Shown: in pieces, positions 1 to 9,556 of the stretch | How the letters are laid out: every line of letters starts with the position of its first letter | Numbering within the stretch: position 1 is the stretch's first letter | Assembly (NCBI GenBank): GCA_016432485.1 | Contig: CP066691.1 | Location: forward strand, 516,709 to 580,708 | DNA from: Candidatus Niyogibacteria bacterium | GTDB taxonomy: Bacteria; Patescibacteriota; Minisyncoccia; HO2-45-28 | Direction: 5' to 3' | Length of the DNA: 64,000 nt | Position numbers and translations under genes: made by a program | Notes under the pieces: model-generated | What the model was told of the DNA's origin: nothing | Seen by the model: only the letters and a program-made list of their open reading frames with translations | Databases searched by the model: none

Positions 1-25
1 AATAATCTACTGGCTTTTTATCCTG

Positions 26-97
26 CGCCCTCAAGAGGATTCGAACCCCTATTACAAGCTCCGGAAGCTTGCGTCCTATCCGTTGAACGATGAGGGC
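26..97 (-). tRNA. tRNA-Arg(CCG), CCA not encoded
   Basis: Reverse complement GCCCTCA...TGAGGGC-G acceptor stem, anticodon arm CAAGC-TT-CCG-GA-GCTTG, T-loop GGTTCGAATCC. Confidence 0.95.
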
Positions 98-99
98 TT

Positions 100-597
100 T
101 TAGGTATAGCGATCCGCGACCACAAAAGCGGCAACCGCTTCGGGCTTTATGACCGCGTCAAATCCGAAACCTTTAGCCATGCCTAAAACGCTTTCTTTGA
201 ATTCTTTGGTCGGACCCACCTCTCCAACATCAATATGCACTGATATTTTATTGTCCCACAAAAAATCTTCGCCCACCCTGTCTTTTAAAACGCTTCTTAC
301 TTCCTGCGCCAAAGTAATTGATTTCATCGCTTCTTTATAAATCCGGTCTCTTAATGTCGGGCATTGCTCCACCCCGGATTTGGTCCAGAAATACCTTCCG
401 CCGTTTCCGATTTTCCAGATGGCAACGGCGCTTACTATTTCGGTTTCATCCGAAGCCCTGGAATCGGAACCGATCATTAACGAATAATTGCGTCTCGGGT
501 CTAACTGGACATAATTTAAAATCTCGTTTATAAGCTCGGTAAAAGAAATAATTTTATCGGCGGAATGAAATTTTAATTGTGAAAGCTCGGGTGTCAT
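100..597 (-). CDS. RNase H-like YkuK/DUF458 family protein
   Basis: Motifs IGSDS, GGRYFW, EAxxSI, VHIDVG, KP typical of YkuK. Confidence 0.8.
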   Translation of the reverse strand: MTPELSQLKFHSADKIISFTELINEILNYVQLDPRRNYSLMIGSDSRASDETEIVSAVAIWKIGNGGRYFWTKSGVEQCPTLRDRIYKEAMKSITLAQEVRSVLKDRVGEDFLWDNKISVHIDVGEVGPTKEFKESVLGMAKGFGFDAVIKPEAVAAFVVADRYT

Positions 598-599
598 GG

Positions 600-1181
600 T
601 CAGATAAGCGAAAGCTGCGGATTATCTTTGGCGGGAGCCATAGACCAATCCACTTTTAAAGTTTCCGGCTCCGGAGAATAGCGCGAAATAAATTTAACAT
701 AGCCAAACTCTTTTCCGTGCTCGTAAAGTTTTTTTGTAACTTCGACATCCTTTAAACAATAATCCTTAACTTCCTGAATCCGTCCCTGCCTGAACCATTC
801 CAGCGCTTCAAGACCGTCGGCGCTTTTGGCCAAACCAAGCGTGGTCTTGGCCAGATTATCCAAGCTCACGCGAAAACCGGCGGCATTAATCACGCCGTCC
901 ATCATATCAAGTGCCGTAATTTTTTTCAGGTCTGTTTTTACGTATGGCTGCAAGACAGGCAGGTCAAATCCGCGGATATTGAATCCGATAAGTAATCCGG
1001 CATTCCCGAGCATACTCTCAAATTCCGAAAGTTCTTTTTCTTCAAAAATAAAATACTTGTCAGCCGCGTAAGAATAAGCCCCGAGAACCGACACGCCCAA
1101 AAGTTCGGGGTGCTCTCTGCCCCCGACTTCGGCGAACTCTTTTTTTGTCTCCAAATCAAAAATTATTATATCCTTCGCCAT
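600..1181 (-). CDS. RNase H-like DEDD 3'-5' exonuclease (YprB/RNase_H_2-like)
   Basis: FDLET, GFNIRGFDLP, SLDNLA and YCLKDV motifs. Confidence 0.8.
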   Translation of the reverse strand: MAKDIIIFDLETKKEFAEVGGREHPELLGVSVLGAYSYAADKYFIFEEKELSEFESMLGNAGLLIGFNIRGFDLPVLQPYVKTDLKKITALDMMDGVINAAGFRVSLDNLAKTTLGLAKSADGLEALEWFRQGRIQEVKDYCLKDVEVTKKLYEHGKEFGYVKFISRYSPEPETLKVDWSMAPAKDNPQLSLI

Positions 1182-1242
1182 TTATTACTTTTACCATATT
1201 CCGGTAAAAAATCAAAAGAGTGACGCAAAATTCATTTTTTGC

Positions 1243-1658
1243 GACCGCGATGTGTTTGCGGCTCGGCGAGATTGCTTTCTCCGACCGGCCGTTCTTTGCC
1301 CCAGCGAGCAAAGCCGGCCTACGTTCTCGGCGCAAAATCGCCCAGCCCTTTTGGTTAATTCCAAAAGGGCTGGGCGAACCATGCTTTTGCGCCTCCGAAA
1401 GTTCTCCGAAAGCAAACATCGCCTCGCCTTACGCAAACCATCGCGGTCTAAATATCCACTCGAAGCGCCGCAAAATTGATTTTCGTTGGCTTGCGGAGGG
1501 ACTTTGAAAATTAAAGAGTTTTGAAGTGAAAAATAGCGAGTAGGAAATTCCTGAGCGTAGCGAAGGAGGAACGATGGAGCGTTATTTTTCGCGAACAAAA
1601 CGACTATAATTTTCAAGACCCGGAGCACCGTCATAAGAAAACAATTTTGTGACGCTTT
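1243..1658. repeat. Two adjacent long nested inverted-repeat elements
   Basis: gaccgcgatg/catcgcggtc closes nested stems that include a perfect 17-bp hairpin tcgcccagcccttttgg/ccaaaagggctgggcga; the second element is closed by aagcgccgcaaaattg/caattttgtgacgctt. Confidence 0.75.
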
Positions 1659-1683
1659 GAGGGTCTTGCGAGTTAGGAAAAAA

Positions 1684-1770
1684 TGAATCCCGTTAGAAAG
1701 ACATTAAATAATATTTCTAAATAAAAATATGTTAAAGAAAGTTGGACAAAGGGCTTTCTAACGGGATGAA
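1684..1770. mobile_element. 79-bp MITE-like element (1688-1766) with 13-bp terminal inverted repeats and flanking TGAA direct repeats
   Basis: tgaa-tcccgttagaaag ... ctttctaacggga-tgaa with an AT-rich interior. Confidence 0.65.
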
Positions 1771-1779
1771 TTTTGCGGC

Positions 1780-2181
1780 TTAAAGAGGTAAATCTATGGC
1801 GTAAGCGCCCGCGCCGGTCAAAACCAAAGAAAGGGCCGCGACCAAAAGCATCAAATCAAACTCATAGCCGCCGACAAAACCCTGTTTCGCTTTCACTTTC
1901 CAAATGGCAACCAGCATATCAATCGCGATAAGCAGAGCCGCAAGCTGGGTTGCAAAACCGACGATCAGCGCGATCCCGCCGAAAAATTCAACGACCCCCA
2001 CCACAAAAACCCAGAATTTAGCGGGCTTAATTCCGACGGATTCGAAAAAGCCGACGGTCTGACTGAACCCGCCGAAAAGTTTCGGATATCCGTGAGCGAC
2101 GAAAATCAAACCAACAATTAAGCGCAACAGGAGGGGCGCGAAAAAACCATAATCAAGAAATCCCGGAAATAAATTCAGCAT
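1780..2181 (-). CDS. DoxX family membrane protein
   Basis: LLLRLxxG...HGxxK, EFFGG, GGYEF, GAGAYAID. Confidence 0.9.
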   Translation of the reverse strand: MLNLFPGFLDYGFFAPLLLRLIVGLIFVAHGYPKLFGGFSQTVGFFESVGIKPAKFWVFVVGVVEFFGGIALIVGFATQLAALLIAIDMLVAIWKVKAKQGFVGGYEFDLMLLVAALSLVLTGAGAYAIDLPL

Positions 2182-2211
2182 AATTTAAATTAAAAAAATA
2201 AAAAACGACCT

Positions 2212-2874
2212 TTAATTTATAAATCCCTTAAGCCAGTTTATTATATCATCCATAAGTTCGGAGTGTGCGCTGAATAAATCCGTGCCGTGTCCGCCGACAT
2301 CATAAATTTTAATCTTTTTGCGGCAATTTGCTGTGTCATAAATATTTTGGGACATTTCATCTGCCGCTCCGCCGGAACGAACATCGTCCTTGGCTGCGAT
2401 AAAAAACGCGCCTTGCTCCGGTCTGATTTTTTTTGCCAACGGCAATGTTTCTATCCCTTTATAATTAAGGCCGGCCGAAAGCAATACGGCCGCCGAAACC
2501 CTATCCGATTCCGCTAAATACTGCAAAACCAGATTCGCGCCGATAGAGGCGCCGGCTAAGAAAATTTTGGAATGCTTTTCGGCGGTCATAAAACCAACGG
2601 CCGCGCGGACATCCTCAATGCTTTTTTGATGATCGGCATCAGAAAAATCGCGATAGCCGTCCGGGCCTCCTTCCGATTCTCCGTGCCCTCTTAAATCAAT
2701 GGCCAGCGCGCCGAACCCGGCCTCGTTTAGTTTTTTGGCAAACCCCGCCCAGCTCTTTTTATCCGCCGGCATCATGTGTAGCATCAAAACGCCCGGGCTT
2801 CCCGCTTCGCCCCGATAGTGGTCACCCGCGATATTTACGTCATCGGCTGTTCTTAAATTTATTCTTTCCGGCAT
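2212..2874 (-). CDS. Alpha/beta hydrolase
   Basis: DLRGHGES, nucleophile elbow GASIG, C-terminal GHG. Confidence 0.85.
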   Translation of the reverse strand: MPERINLRTADDVNIAGDHYRGEAGSPGVLMLHMMPADKKSWAGFAKKLNEAGFGALAIDLRGHGESEGGPDGYRDFSDADHQKSIEDVRAAVGFMTAEKHSKIFLAGASIGANLVLQYLAESDRVSAAVLLSAGLNYKGIETLPLAKKIRPEQGAFFIAAKDDVRSGGAADEMSQNIYDTANCRKKIKIYDVGGHGTDLFSAHSELMDDIINWLKGFIN

Positions 2875-2911
2875 TTTTTTATTTTACCAAAAAAATACTA
2901 TACTTAAAAAT

Positions 2912-3715
2912 ATGGCTAATGTAATCGGAATAATATTGGTTGTAATCCTGGTCGTCATTTTATGGTTCTCCGGCGGGGGGCTTGTTCAGCTGATCGCACC
3001 TCCGAACGGCGGTCAGCAAACCACGCAAACGGAAAACGACATTCCTCTCGTAGAAACTCCGAGCGAAACTAAAAATATAAGAATATACAGCGCGAGCTCC
3101 AGATCTGACGAACCTGAAAATGAATATATCGAAATACAGGCCGACTATTCGAATACAGTGCCGATAAATATAAGCGGATGGAAACTTCAAAATCGCGATG
3201 GAGACATTTTCATCTTACCAACCGGAGCCGGTTTACCTTATTCAGGGCGAGTCAATATAGAAGAAGCTATAAAATTAAACCCTGGCGAAAGGGCAATAAT
3301 TATAACCGGACGTAGCCCGATTGAAGTTAGTTTCAGGCCTAACGCCTGCACCGGCTATTTCAATCGTCTTTATGAATTTAACCCCCGCCTGCCGGAAAAC
3401 TGTCCGGAGCCCAACGAAGAAAAAGGCGTTGACGACCAAAACGACGCTTGTTTTTCATATCTAAAAACCGTTTCCCGATGTAAAACCCCGGTCGCATCCG
3501 ATATGCCGTCGGATGTTGATTTCGCCTGCCGCGAATTTATTGACCAAAGATTAAGCTATGCCGGGTGCGTTGAAAACCACAAAAAAGACGCGAATTTTTT
3601 TTCGGGCGAATGGAGAATATACCTAAAACAGGACAAAGCAATATGGTCTAATGTCCGCGAGAACATAAAACTTTTTGACCAAAATTCCGATTTGGTCGCG
3701 GAAACCTCCATATAG
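2912..3715 (+). CDS. Membrane-anchored lamin-tail-domain protein with a Cys-rich C-terminus
   Basis: N-terminal TM; EYIEI...INISGWKL...IKLFD lamin-tail-like pattern; six Cys. Confidence 0.65.
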   Translation: MANVIGIILVVILVVILWFSGGGLVQLIAPPNGGQQTTQTENDIPLVETPSETKNIRIYSASSRSDEPENEYIEIQADYSNTVPINISGWKLQNRDGDIFILPTGAGLPYSGRVNIEEAIKLNPGERAIIITGRSPIEVSFRPNACTGYFNRLYEFNPRLPENCPEPNEEKGVDDQNDACFSYLKTVSRCKTPVASDMPSDVDFACREFIDQRLSYAGCVENHKKDANFFSGEWRIYLKQDKAIWSNVRENIKLFDQNSDLVAETSI

Positions 3716-3719
3716 CCGG

Positions 3720-4511
3720 CTATTTTATCTCAAAAGTTATATTAACCGAACTTGTTATCTCATTCTCTCCGGTCGGAGTGGACGGAACCACCGCGCCCGA
3801 AATGTCTCCACCTTTACCAAATGCTTCTACGGCAAAAATCGGTATGGGAGAGGAAGAAAATTCGTTAAACGAAACTATTTTGCCCAAGCGAACACCGAGC
3901 GAATCTGCCAAAGTCCGCGCTTTTTTCTTCGCTTCAGCTACGGCCTTATCACGAGCTTCTTCTTTTGCTTTATCCGGATCGTCAAGCTTAAAAACCAGCG
4001 AACCAACTTCATTAACTCCAACTTTCGCAAGACCGCTCAAAAACGACCCCGTTTTATTAAGATCCCTGATTTTTAGCTCCATAGTTTGGCGCACCTGATA
4101 ACCCAGGAAAACGCGGCGGCCCTTAGGATAATCATAAACAGAATTGATTGTGTACGAAGTTGTTTTTAAATCTTTATCTTCAACTCCGGAATTCTTGAGA
4201 AACCCCACGGCATCATTGATAACGCGCGCGGAATTCTTTTGGGCGTCAGCCACGCTTGCTTCTTCGGATTCAACGGAAAAAGAAACCAGTCCGATATCCG
4301 GCCGAACAAAAACGCTCCCCTCCGCGCTTATTGAAACGGTCGGGGCGGAAAGCGAGGGGCGCGTGATGTCTTTGACTTCGGCGAAAAATTTAGCGCCGAT
4401 CCAAAAAGTCAAAACAACTGTAAAAACTATTAAAGTGTAACAACCGGCCTCGCAATGAGCCAATAGGTCACCGGACCAAAAAGGTTTTTTCCCGTTAGAC
4501 ATTTTAGTCAT
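3720..4511 (-). CDS. SIMPL/DUF541 family protein
   Basis: VRPD, AVAEAKKKA, LGVRLG, PTGE..ITSSVNITF. Confidence 0.9.
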   Translation of the reverse strand: MTKMSNGKKPFWSGDLLAHCEAGCYTLIVFTVVLTFWIGAKFFAEVKDITRPSLSAPTVSISAEGSVFVRPDIGLVSFSVESEEASVADAQKNSARVINDAVGFLKNSGVEDKDLKTTSYTINSVYDYPKGRRVFLGYQVRQTMELKIRDLNKTGSFLSGLAKVGVNEVGSLVFKLDDPDKAKEEARDKAVAEAKKKARTLADSLGVRLGKIVSFNEFSSSPIPIFAVEAFGKGGDISGAVVPSTPTGENEITSSVNITFEIK

Positions 4512-4621
4512 TTTTTAAAATTACTTTAATTGGTAATCAAGCTTAAATAGATTATACAACAATTTCTGAAATTTATTATCCACACTCTGCGCGTTTTAAA
4601 AAAATAGAGCTCGGGGGAGCC

Positions 4622-5023
4622 CTATTCAATATGAAAGATGCCGTGGAGCTTTGTCGGCCGACCCAGAGATAAAAACAAGTTTAAAAAAGATTTCAGATCA
4701 GCCACCGCTTGTTCAAACAAAAATTGCCCCAGAGACGGTGAAGGCATTTTTATTATGGCTATCCGGCTTTCCTGATAATCAAATTCGGTTCCTTCTTCAA
4801 AACTTTGATCGTGAGTCAAAACAAAAACTCTGCTCTCCCTATAATCTTTAGCAGCCATGGTTTCAAAACGTCTGAGAAGTTTTCTATCGGACAGACGATT
4901 AAAATTATCGCCATCATGAACTATTTTCACCAGCGGACTAAAGCCTTCAAGCTCGCGTTTTATTTCCCCGGCGTTGACATCAAGGAAAATCACGATTCGG
5001 TATTGACCCGCCGGTTTCGGCAT
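4622..5023 (-). CDS. Putative PIN-like (DUF5615/Mut7-C-like) protein
   Basis: IFLDVN...LSD...VLTHDQSF acidic pattern; AAGGAG SD. Confidence 0.45.
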   Translation of the reverse strand: MPKPAGQYRIVIFLDVNAGEIKRELEGFSPLVKIVHDGDNFNRLSDRKLLRRFETMAAKDYRESRVFVLTHDQSFEEGTEFDYQESRIAIIKMPSPSLGQFLFEQAVADLKSFLNLFLSLGRPTKLHGIFHIE

Positions 5024-5117
5024 CGACGCTCCTTTTATGAAAAAACTCTAATTATAGAATACCTTCAAATAAAACAGCACGCAATGCGGGCTGTTTTATT
5101 TGGAGACGCAAAAACAA

Positions 5118-5327
5118 TCAATCAAACCTGTTTTCGTCGGAATGTTTTTTTATCTCGGCGACAAGCATCGCGATATGAGCATCATCGTCATCTTTCATTT
5201 TCTGCCACATTGCGGTGCAGGAATCGCATCCCTCTGCGTTTTTCAAATACTCTTTTTCATATCGCCAGACGGCGTCGTTTTTTTCCGAAAGCGCGTGAAC
5301 TAAATCGTGATTATGGTTTTTTAACAT
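5118..5327 (-). CDS. Small ferritin-like helical protein with CxxC
   Basis: HDL..L...AVWRY..Y...A.GCDSC...W......D..H pattern. Confidence 0.55.
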   Translation of the reverse strand: MLKNHNHDLVHALSEKNDAVWRYEKEYLKNAEGCDSCTAMWQKMKDDDDAHIAMLVAEIKKHSDENRFD

Positions 5328-5373
5328 GCCAAAAATTAAGGAATTAATTTATTAACGACTATAATTTTTGAGC

Positions 5374-5437
5374 ACCCTCACACCCATTGTTCAATGCGCG
5401 AAGCGCAAACGAAGTGTTGAATATTGGGTGTGAGGGT
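5374..5437. repeat. Palindromic element, CCCNCACACC family, copy 1
   Basis: accctcacaccca/tgggtgtgagggt arms with an internal gcgc-gaa-gcgc hairpin. Confidence 0.75.
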
Positions 5438-5448
5438 CTCGGCTCGCT

Positions 5449-5631
5449 TTAGCTCGCCTCGACCTTTGTTGAAAGTTTATTGTTTTTATTATACCCCGCC
5501 TCTTTTACCTTTTGGTAGAGCTCCCCGATTTCTTCTTTTTGTTTATCCAAATCCAGAATTCTCCGCCTTATTTTTGCTTTTTCCATGCGGATAAATTTGC
5601 GGATTGATTTCGGCAATCGTTTTCTCGGCAT
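5449..5631 (-). CDS. Small basic hypothetical protein
   Basis: 60-aa Lys/Arg-rich ORF, co-oriented with neighbours. Confidence 0.6.
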   Translation of the reverse strand: MPRKRLPKSIRKFIRMEKAKIRRRILDLDKQKEEIGELYQKVKEAGYNKNNKLSTKVEAS

Positions 5632-5720
5632 ATATAGGCCTCATAATACTTTTATCCTCTGACAACCGCAACCCCATTTCCCCAAACCCGTAAAGAAAAA
5701 ACGCACGCAATGCGCGCGCG

Positions 5721-6560
5721 TTATTTTTTAAGCCGGCCGATAACGTCTCCGAAAATCATCACGTCTTCAACGATAATAAGCGTCGGAGTAAGGCAGGCAT
5801 CCGCCCAAATGCGGCCGCGAACCGATTTCTTATCGTCAAAAAGTCCCGCGGGAACATCAATGAAAACAAGCGTGTTCAAATCAAAATCCGCTTTATCTTC
5901 AGCGCGATAATCTGATTTTTCTTTTTCAGTGGCGATATGAATCGTGAAGCGGTCAATTTTCTTGCCTTTATCGCGACCGTACTTTTTTGGAAAAGGAACG
6001 GTGTGTAAAATTATGTCGCGACCGGCTAAAAGCGGCCCGTAAACTCCATTCCTAAGATTATAAAGAGCTGAAAGCAAATCCTCATACCGGCCGATTCCTT
6101 TCGGAATTACCATATCCTCAACAAGCTCAACTGTTCCGTCTATTTCAGAACGCCTCATTATCACGCGCTTTGATTCGTCAAATACAAATCTGGTTGAACG
6201 TTTTGTCGGTGAAAAAAGGCCCCAGATAACGTCCTTTCTGAATTCTATGCTCAACAAATGATTCCCCTCCTCATCAAAACGCATTAAAGAACGATAAGTA
6301 TGTTCGGTACTGCGCAGTAATCCGACAAAACCCCTGGTCTTTGCCTCCAATACCGCCTCGTACCATCGGCTGCTGTCTTTATCGGGCCGTCTATGAATTG
6401 TGAGTACGGCATCGGCAGCACGACTAAATATCAAAAACGAAATGTCGTAAGAGAGCTCTTCATTGAGAACTTCACTATTACATTCAGATGCGGCGGTCGT
6501 CATTGCGGGAAAAACGGAAAACAACAAAAAACACAGAAAAATCCCCGCTGTTTTTATCAC
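5721..6560 (-). CDS. Secreted DUF3108-like protein
   Basis: Signal peptide, EELSYDIS, DLLSALY.LR, beta-rich; GGAGAG upstream of GTG. Confidence 0.6.
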   Translation of the reverse strand: MIKTAGIFLCFLLFSVFPAMTTAASECNSEVLNEELSYDISFLIFSRAADAVLTIHRRPDKDSSRWYEAVLEAKTRGFVGLLRSTEHTYRSLMRFDEEGNHLLSIEFRKDVIWGLFSPTKRSTRFVFDESKRVIMRRSEIDGTVELVEDMVIPKGIGRYEDLLSALYNLRNGVYGPLLAGRDIILHTVPFPKKYGRDKGKKIDRFTIHIATEKEKSDYRAEDKADFDLNTLVFIDVPAGLFDDKKSVRGRIWADACLTPTLIIVEDVMIFGDVIGRLKK

Positions 6561-6657
6561 GCGCCCTCTCCAAAAAACGCTCAGACAATCTCAAACCATA
6601 AAAACATAATAAAACTCAAAAAGCAAACCGAGGCCGGTCTAAGTGCCTGCAAAATCG

Positions 6658-8481
6658 TCACTCCGCCTTAATCGGCAGCGTGAAATAGACAGTCGTGCCT
6701 CGCTCCTCCTCGCTTTCCACCCAAATTTTGCCGCCATGGCGTTCAATAATGCTTCGAGCGATAAAAAGACCCAGCCCCGAACCTTCGGTCTGAATACGGA
6801 TTGCGTTTCTTCCTCGAGCAAACTTGTTAAAAATGCGCCCTATGTCGTCTTTTGAAATGCCTATCCCCGTATCGCTAATCCGAATCTCCGCGAGACCGCC
6901 CTTGCCGGATATATATATGTCCACCTTGCCGTTTTCACGATTATATTGAACCGCGTTATCAAGGATATTTGAAAAAGCAAGATTGAATTTTTTGCGGTCA
7001 ATCATCAACGGCTGCAGTTTTTCTTTTGGCATATGGACCATCAATATAATGCCGCGCTCTTTGGCTAAAGCCATAAATTTATCCGCCGTTTCTTTTATGA
7101 TTCCGACCAAATCCTCTTTTTGAAAAACGAAGCCAAGCTGTCCCTCTTCTATGCGCGAAACATCCAGCAAGTCATTAACAAGATTAATCATGCGGTCGTT
7201 AGTCTGATTGGTCCGACTGACCAATTCTTTTTGCTCTGTTTGGAGTTCGCCGGCATCGCCGTCAAGAAGCGCGCGAAAAGCCCATTTTATCGCCGAGAGC
7301 GGTGTACGAAGCTGATGGGCCGCGATGGTGACGAAGTCTGACTTTTCTCGGCTCAAAAGCCGCTCGTGTTCGCGGACTTCCTTTATGCGAACGCGCATCC
7401 GATTAAATTCGTCGGCCAAGTCCTCCAATTCGTCGTTAGTTTTTACCTGAATGGCGTAATCCAGATTATCCAGCCCGATTTGCTCGGCCCCCTTCTGAAG
7501 TTCTTCTATGGGTTTAATTACGCGGCGAGCAAGAAGAATCGCGGCCCCCATTGCCACAGCCAATATGCCGGCAAGAATAATCAAAGAGAAAAAAGTAATT
7601 TCCCTGACCGCGGCCAAGGCGATGGCGGCCGGCAATTCGGCAACGATAAACCAGCGGGTTTTCTCCGCGCTTCCGGAGGCACCCTCAAAAGGAATAACAA
7701 TTCTGGCGCCGGACCCCAAGACCTCTTCTTGAATTTCGTTTTCATAAATATCCGCGAATAACGGTTCGCCGTTATCTTCTATCAAAGATTTTACCACCGG
7801 AATCGCGGAAAAATTTTTTTCGGAAAGTACTTGCGAAATGTCGGGGTGGGCTACGACAATTCCGTTTTTATCCACGATGTAAGCCCGGCCCTCCTCTTTA
7901 GCCACGGAAAGGTCTTTTACCACCGCCTGCATAATTCTGGAGTCAATTTGAGCGAAAACCGAGCCGAAAAATTTTCCGCGAGAATCAAAAATCGCCCGGC
8001 CTATCAGAAAAAAGGGCCTGTTTTTTTCCCAGAAAATATCGCTGATAAACCGACCCTCGTTCTTAGTCGCTATAAATTCTTCGTTTGCAGACCTGTTAAT
8101 AAAGTCCTCCGGGACTACGGTTACGAATTTGCTGACGCGGGCGGTTTCCATGCCATTTTGGTTGACAATTGACACTTCCACGAAACTATCATTGGTAAAT
8201 AGGGTCCTTTCAATGAAAGTTTTCTGAAGATCAGGCTGTTCAATGAGCGAAGGAAAAATGCTTTCCATGGCGGCCAGTTGCCCGAATTGATGGCTGATAA
8301 ATTCGGAAATTTCAAGACTCGCGAGAGCGGCGACATGTTCCGCGTGTCTCACGGCGTTCCTTTTTTGGATGTCCTGCAATTTGACCGTAGCTACGGTCAT
8401 GGCAAAAAAGAAGGGCAGGGAAGCTATGCCGATTAAAACCAGAATAAACTTTAGGCGCAATCTTTTTCTTAAAAATGGCAC
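6658..8481 (-). CDS. Sensor histidine kinase (Cache-HAMP-HisKA-HATPase)
   Basis: Two TMs, YIVD..G.VVAHPD, HAMP, AHQLRTPL, NAVQY, DTGIG, GSGLGL. Confidence 0.95.
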   Translation of the reverse strand: MPFLRKRLRLKFILVLIGIASLPFFFAMTVATVKLQDIQKRNAVRHAEHVAALASLEISEFISHQFGQLAAMESIFPSLIEQPDLQKTFIERTLFTNDSFVEVSIVNQNGMETARVSKFVTVVPEDFINRSANEEFIATKNEGRFISDIFWEKNRPFFLIGRAIFDSRGKFFGSVFAQIDSRIMQAVVKDLSVAKEEGRAYIVDKNGIVVAHPDISQVLSEKNFSAIPVVKSLIEDNGEPLFADIYENEIQEEVLGSGARIVIPFEGASGSAEKTRWFIVAELPAAIALAAVREITFFSLIILAGILAVAMGAAILLARRVIKPIEELQKGAEQIGLDNLDYAIQVKTNDELEDLADEFNRMRVRIKEVREHERLLSREKSDFVTIAAHQLRTPLSAIKWAFRALLDGDAGELQTEQKELVSRTNQTNDRMINLVNDLLDVSRIEEGQLGFVFQKEDLVGIIKETADKFMALAKERGIILMVHMPKEKLQPLMIDRKKFNLAFSNILDNAVQYNRENGKVDIYISGKGGLAEIRISDTGIGISKDDIGRIFNKFARGRNAIRIQTEGSGLGLFIARSIIERHGGKIWVESEEERGTTVYFTLPIKAE

Positions 8482-8503
8482 AGAGTTGTTTTTTTTATCC
8501 GCT

Positions 8504-9553
8504 TTATTTGCCTATTTTTTCATCGGCTATGGAAAGCATTGATTCCGGAAATGTCAGGCCGTCTTTATCGGCGCGGCCAATATGCAAAATTAGGGAATTT
8601 TTTTGGGTGAATTCTATGGGTATATCGGTTGGTTTTTCGCCCTTGAATATTTTGTCTACCAGTCGGGCCATTTGTTTTCCGGCCGTAAAATAATCGCTTG
8701 AATAAGCAAAATGGCCGCCGGTCGGCAAATCTTCAATTGGAGCGACGTGAGGCACCCCCAAACGATTCGCCAATTCGGCTTCACTTGTTTCCTGCGCGTC
8801 AAAAAAATGTCCGGGAATATGGTAAATGGCGTCTATATCTCCGGCTTTAATTCCGGAAGCGATCTTACGCCAGGCAGATTCAGCGCCGGGAGGAGCGGTA
8901 GTTGTTTTATACTCCACCAATTGAAATCCTAATTTCGGCGCCAGCGCTTTCAACTGGGCGTACATTTCTTCCCCGACATTGGGAATCATAAATCCGTCGC
9001 TAAAGACCCCTATTTTTTTGCCGGCCGGATTTATTTTTTTTATAAATTCCAACTGTTTTCCTATGACATCCGTAAGTTGAGAAGCAATGCCCGTTAAATT
9101 ATTCCCCGAGGATTGGAATGATTGAACGATGCCGTAAGACACCGGGTCATGGAATTGAGCGAGAAATACGACCGGAATGTCGCTTTTCAGCTCCTGCATA
9201 ACGAGCCGAATGTCTTTAGCCGTAATTTCAGACGGAATAAATAATAAATCCACGCCTTCGGCAATCATTTTCCGGACCGCCGCTTGGGCGTCAGCTTGAG
9301 CCGTAGGCCCCAAAGTGAATAACTCTTCTTTATAACTAATCCGTTTATAACCCAAATCTTTTAATCCTCGTTTGACGCCCTCCACCGTTTGAAGCTGTTG
9401 CCTGATGAGAATGGAGCCGATTGTTTTTGGTTCTTTGAGTACTGCCGATTCGGCCGGACCGGAAATACGTATGTCCCTGAATATTCTGAAGAAGCCGAAG
9501 CCGACGACTACAGCAAGAATTACAATTAATAGAATTATTGTTTTTTTAGACAT
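8504..9553 (-). CDS. ABC-type substrate-binding protein (ABC_sub_bind-like), paralog 2
   Basis: N-terminal TM, IPVVF, DPV..G, GNNLTG, KIFKGEKPTDIPIE. Confidence 0.85.
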   Translation of the reverse strand: MSKKTIILLIVILAVVVGFGFFRIFRDIRISGPAESAVLKEPKTIGSILIRQQLQTVEGVKRGLKDLGYKRISYKEELFTLGPTAQADAQAAVRKMIAEGVDLLFIPSEITAKDIRLVMQELKSDIPVVFLAQFHDPVSYGIVQSFQSSGNNLTGIASQLTDVIGKQLEFIKKINPAGKKIGVFSDGFMIPNVGEEMYAQLKALAPKLGFQLVEYKTTTAPPGAESAWRKIASGIKAGDIDAIYHIPGHFFDAQETSEAELANRLGVPHVAPIEDLPTGGHFAYSSDYFTAGKQMARLVDKIFKGEKPTDIPIEFTQKNSLILHIGRADKDGLTFPESMLSIADEKIGK

Positions 9554-9556
9554 GTA

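Noticed and set aside
1156-1634. Overlapping ORFs 1156-1419, 1212-1634, 1220-1507 and 1252-1479
   Set aside because: They run through inverted-repeat DNA, look non-protein-like and are mutually overlapping
4576-4584. Perfect DnaA box TTATCCACA (another at about 51467-51475) as an origin
   Set aside because: Isolated single boxes far from dnaA; no cluster or unwinding element
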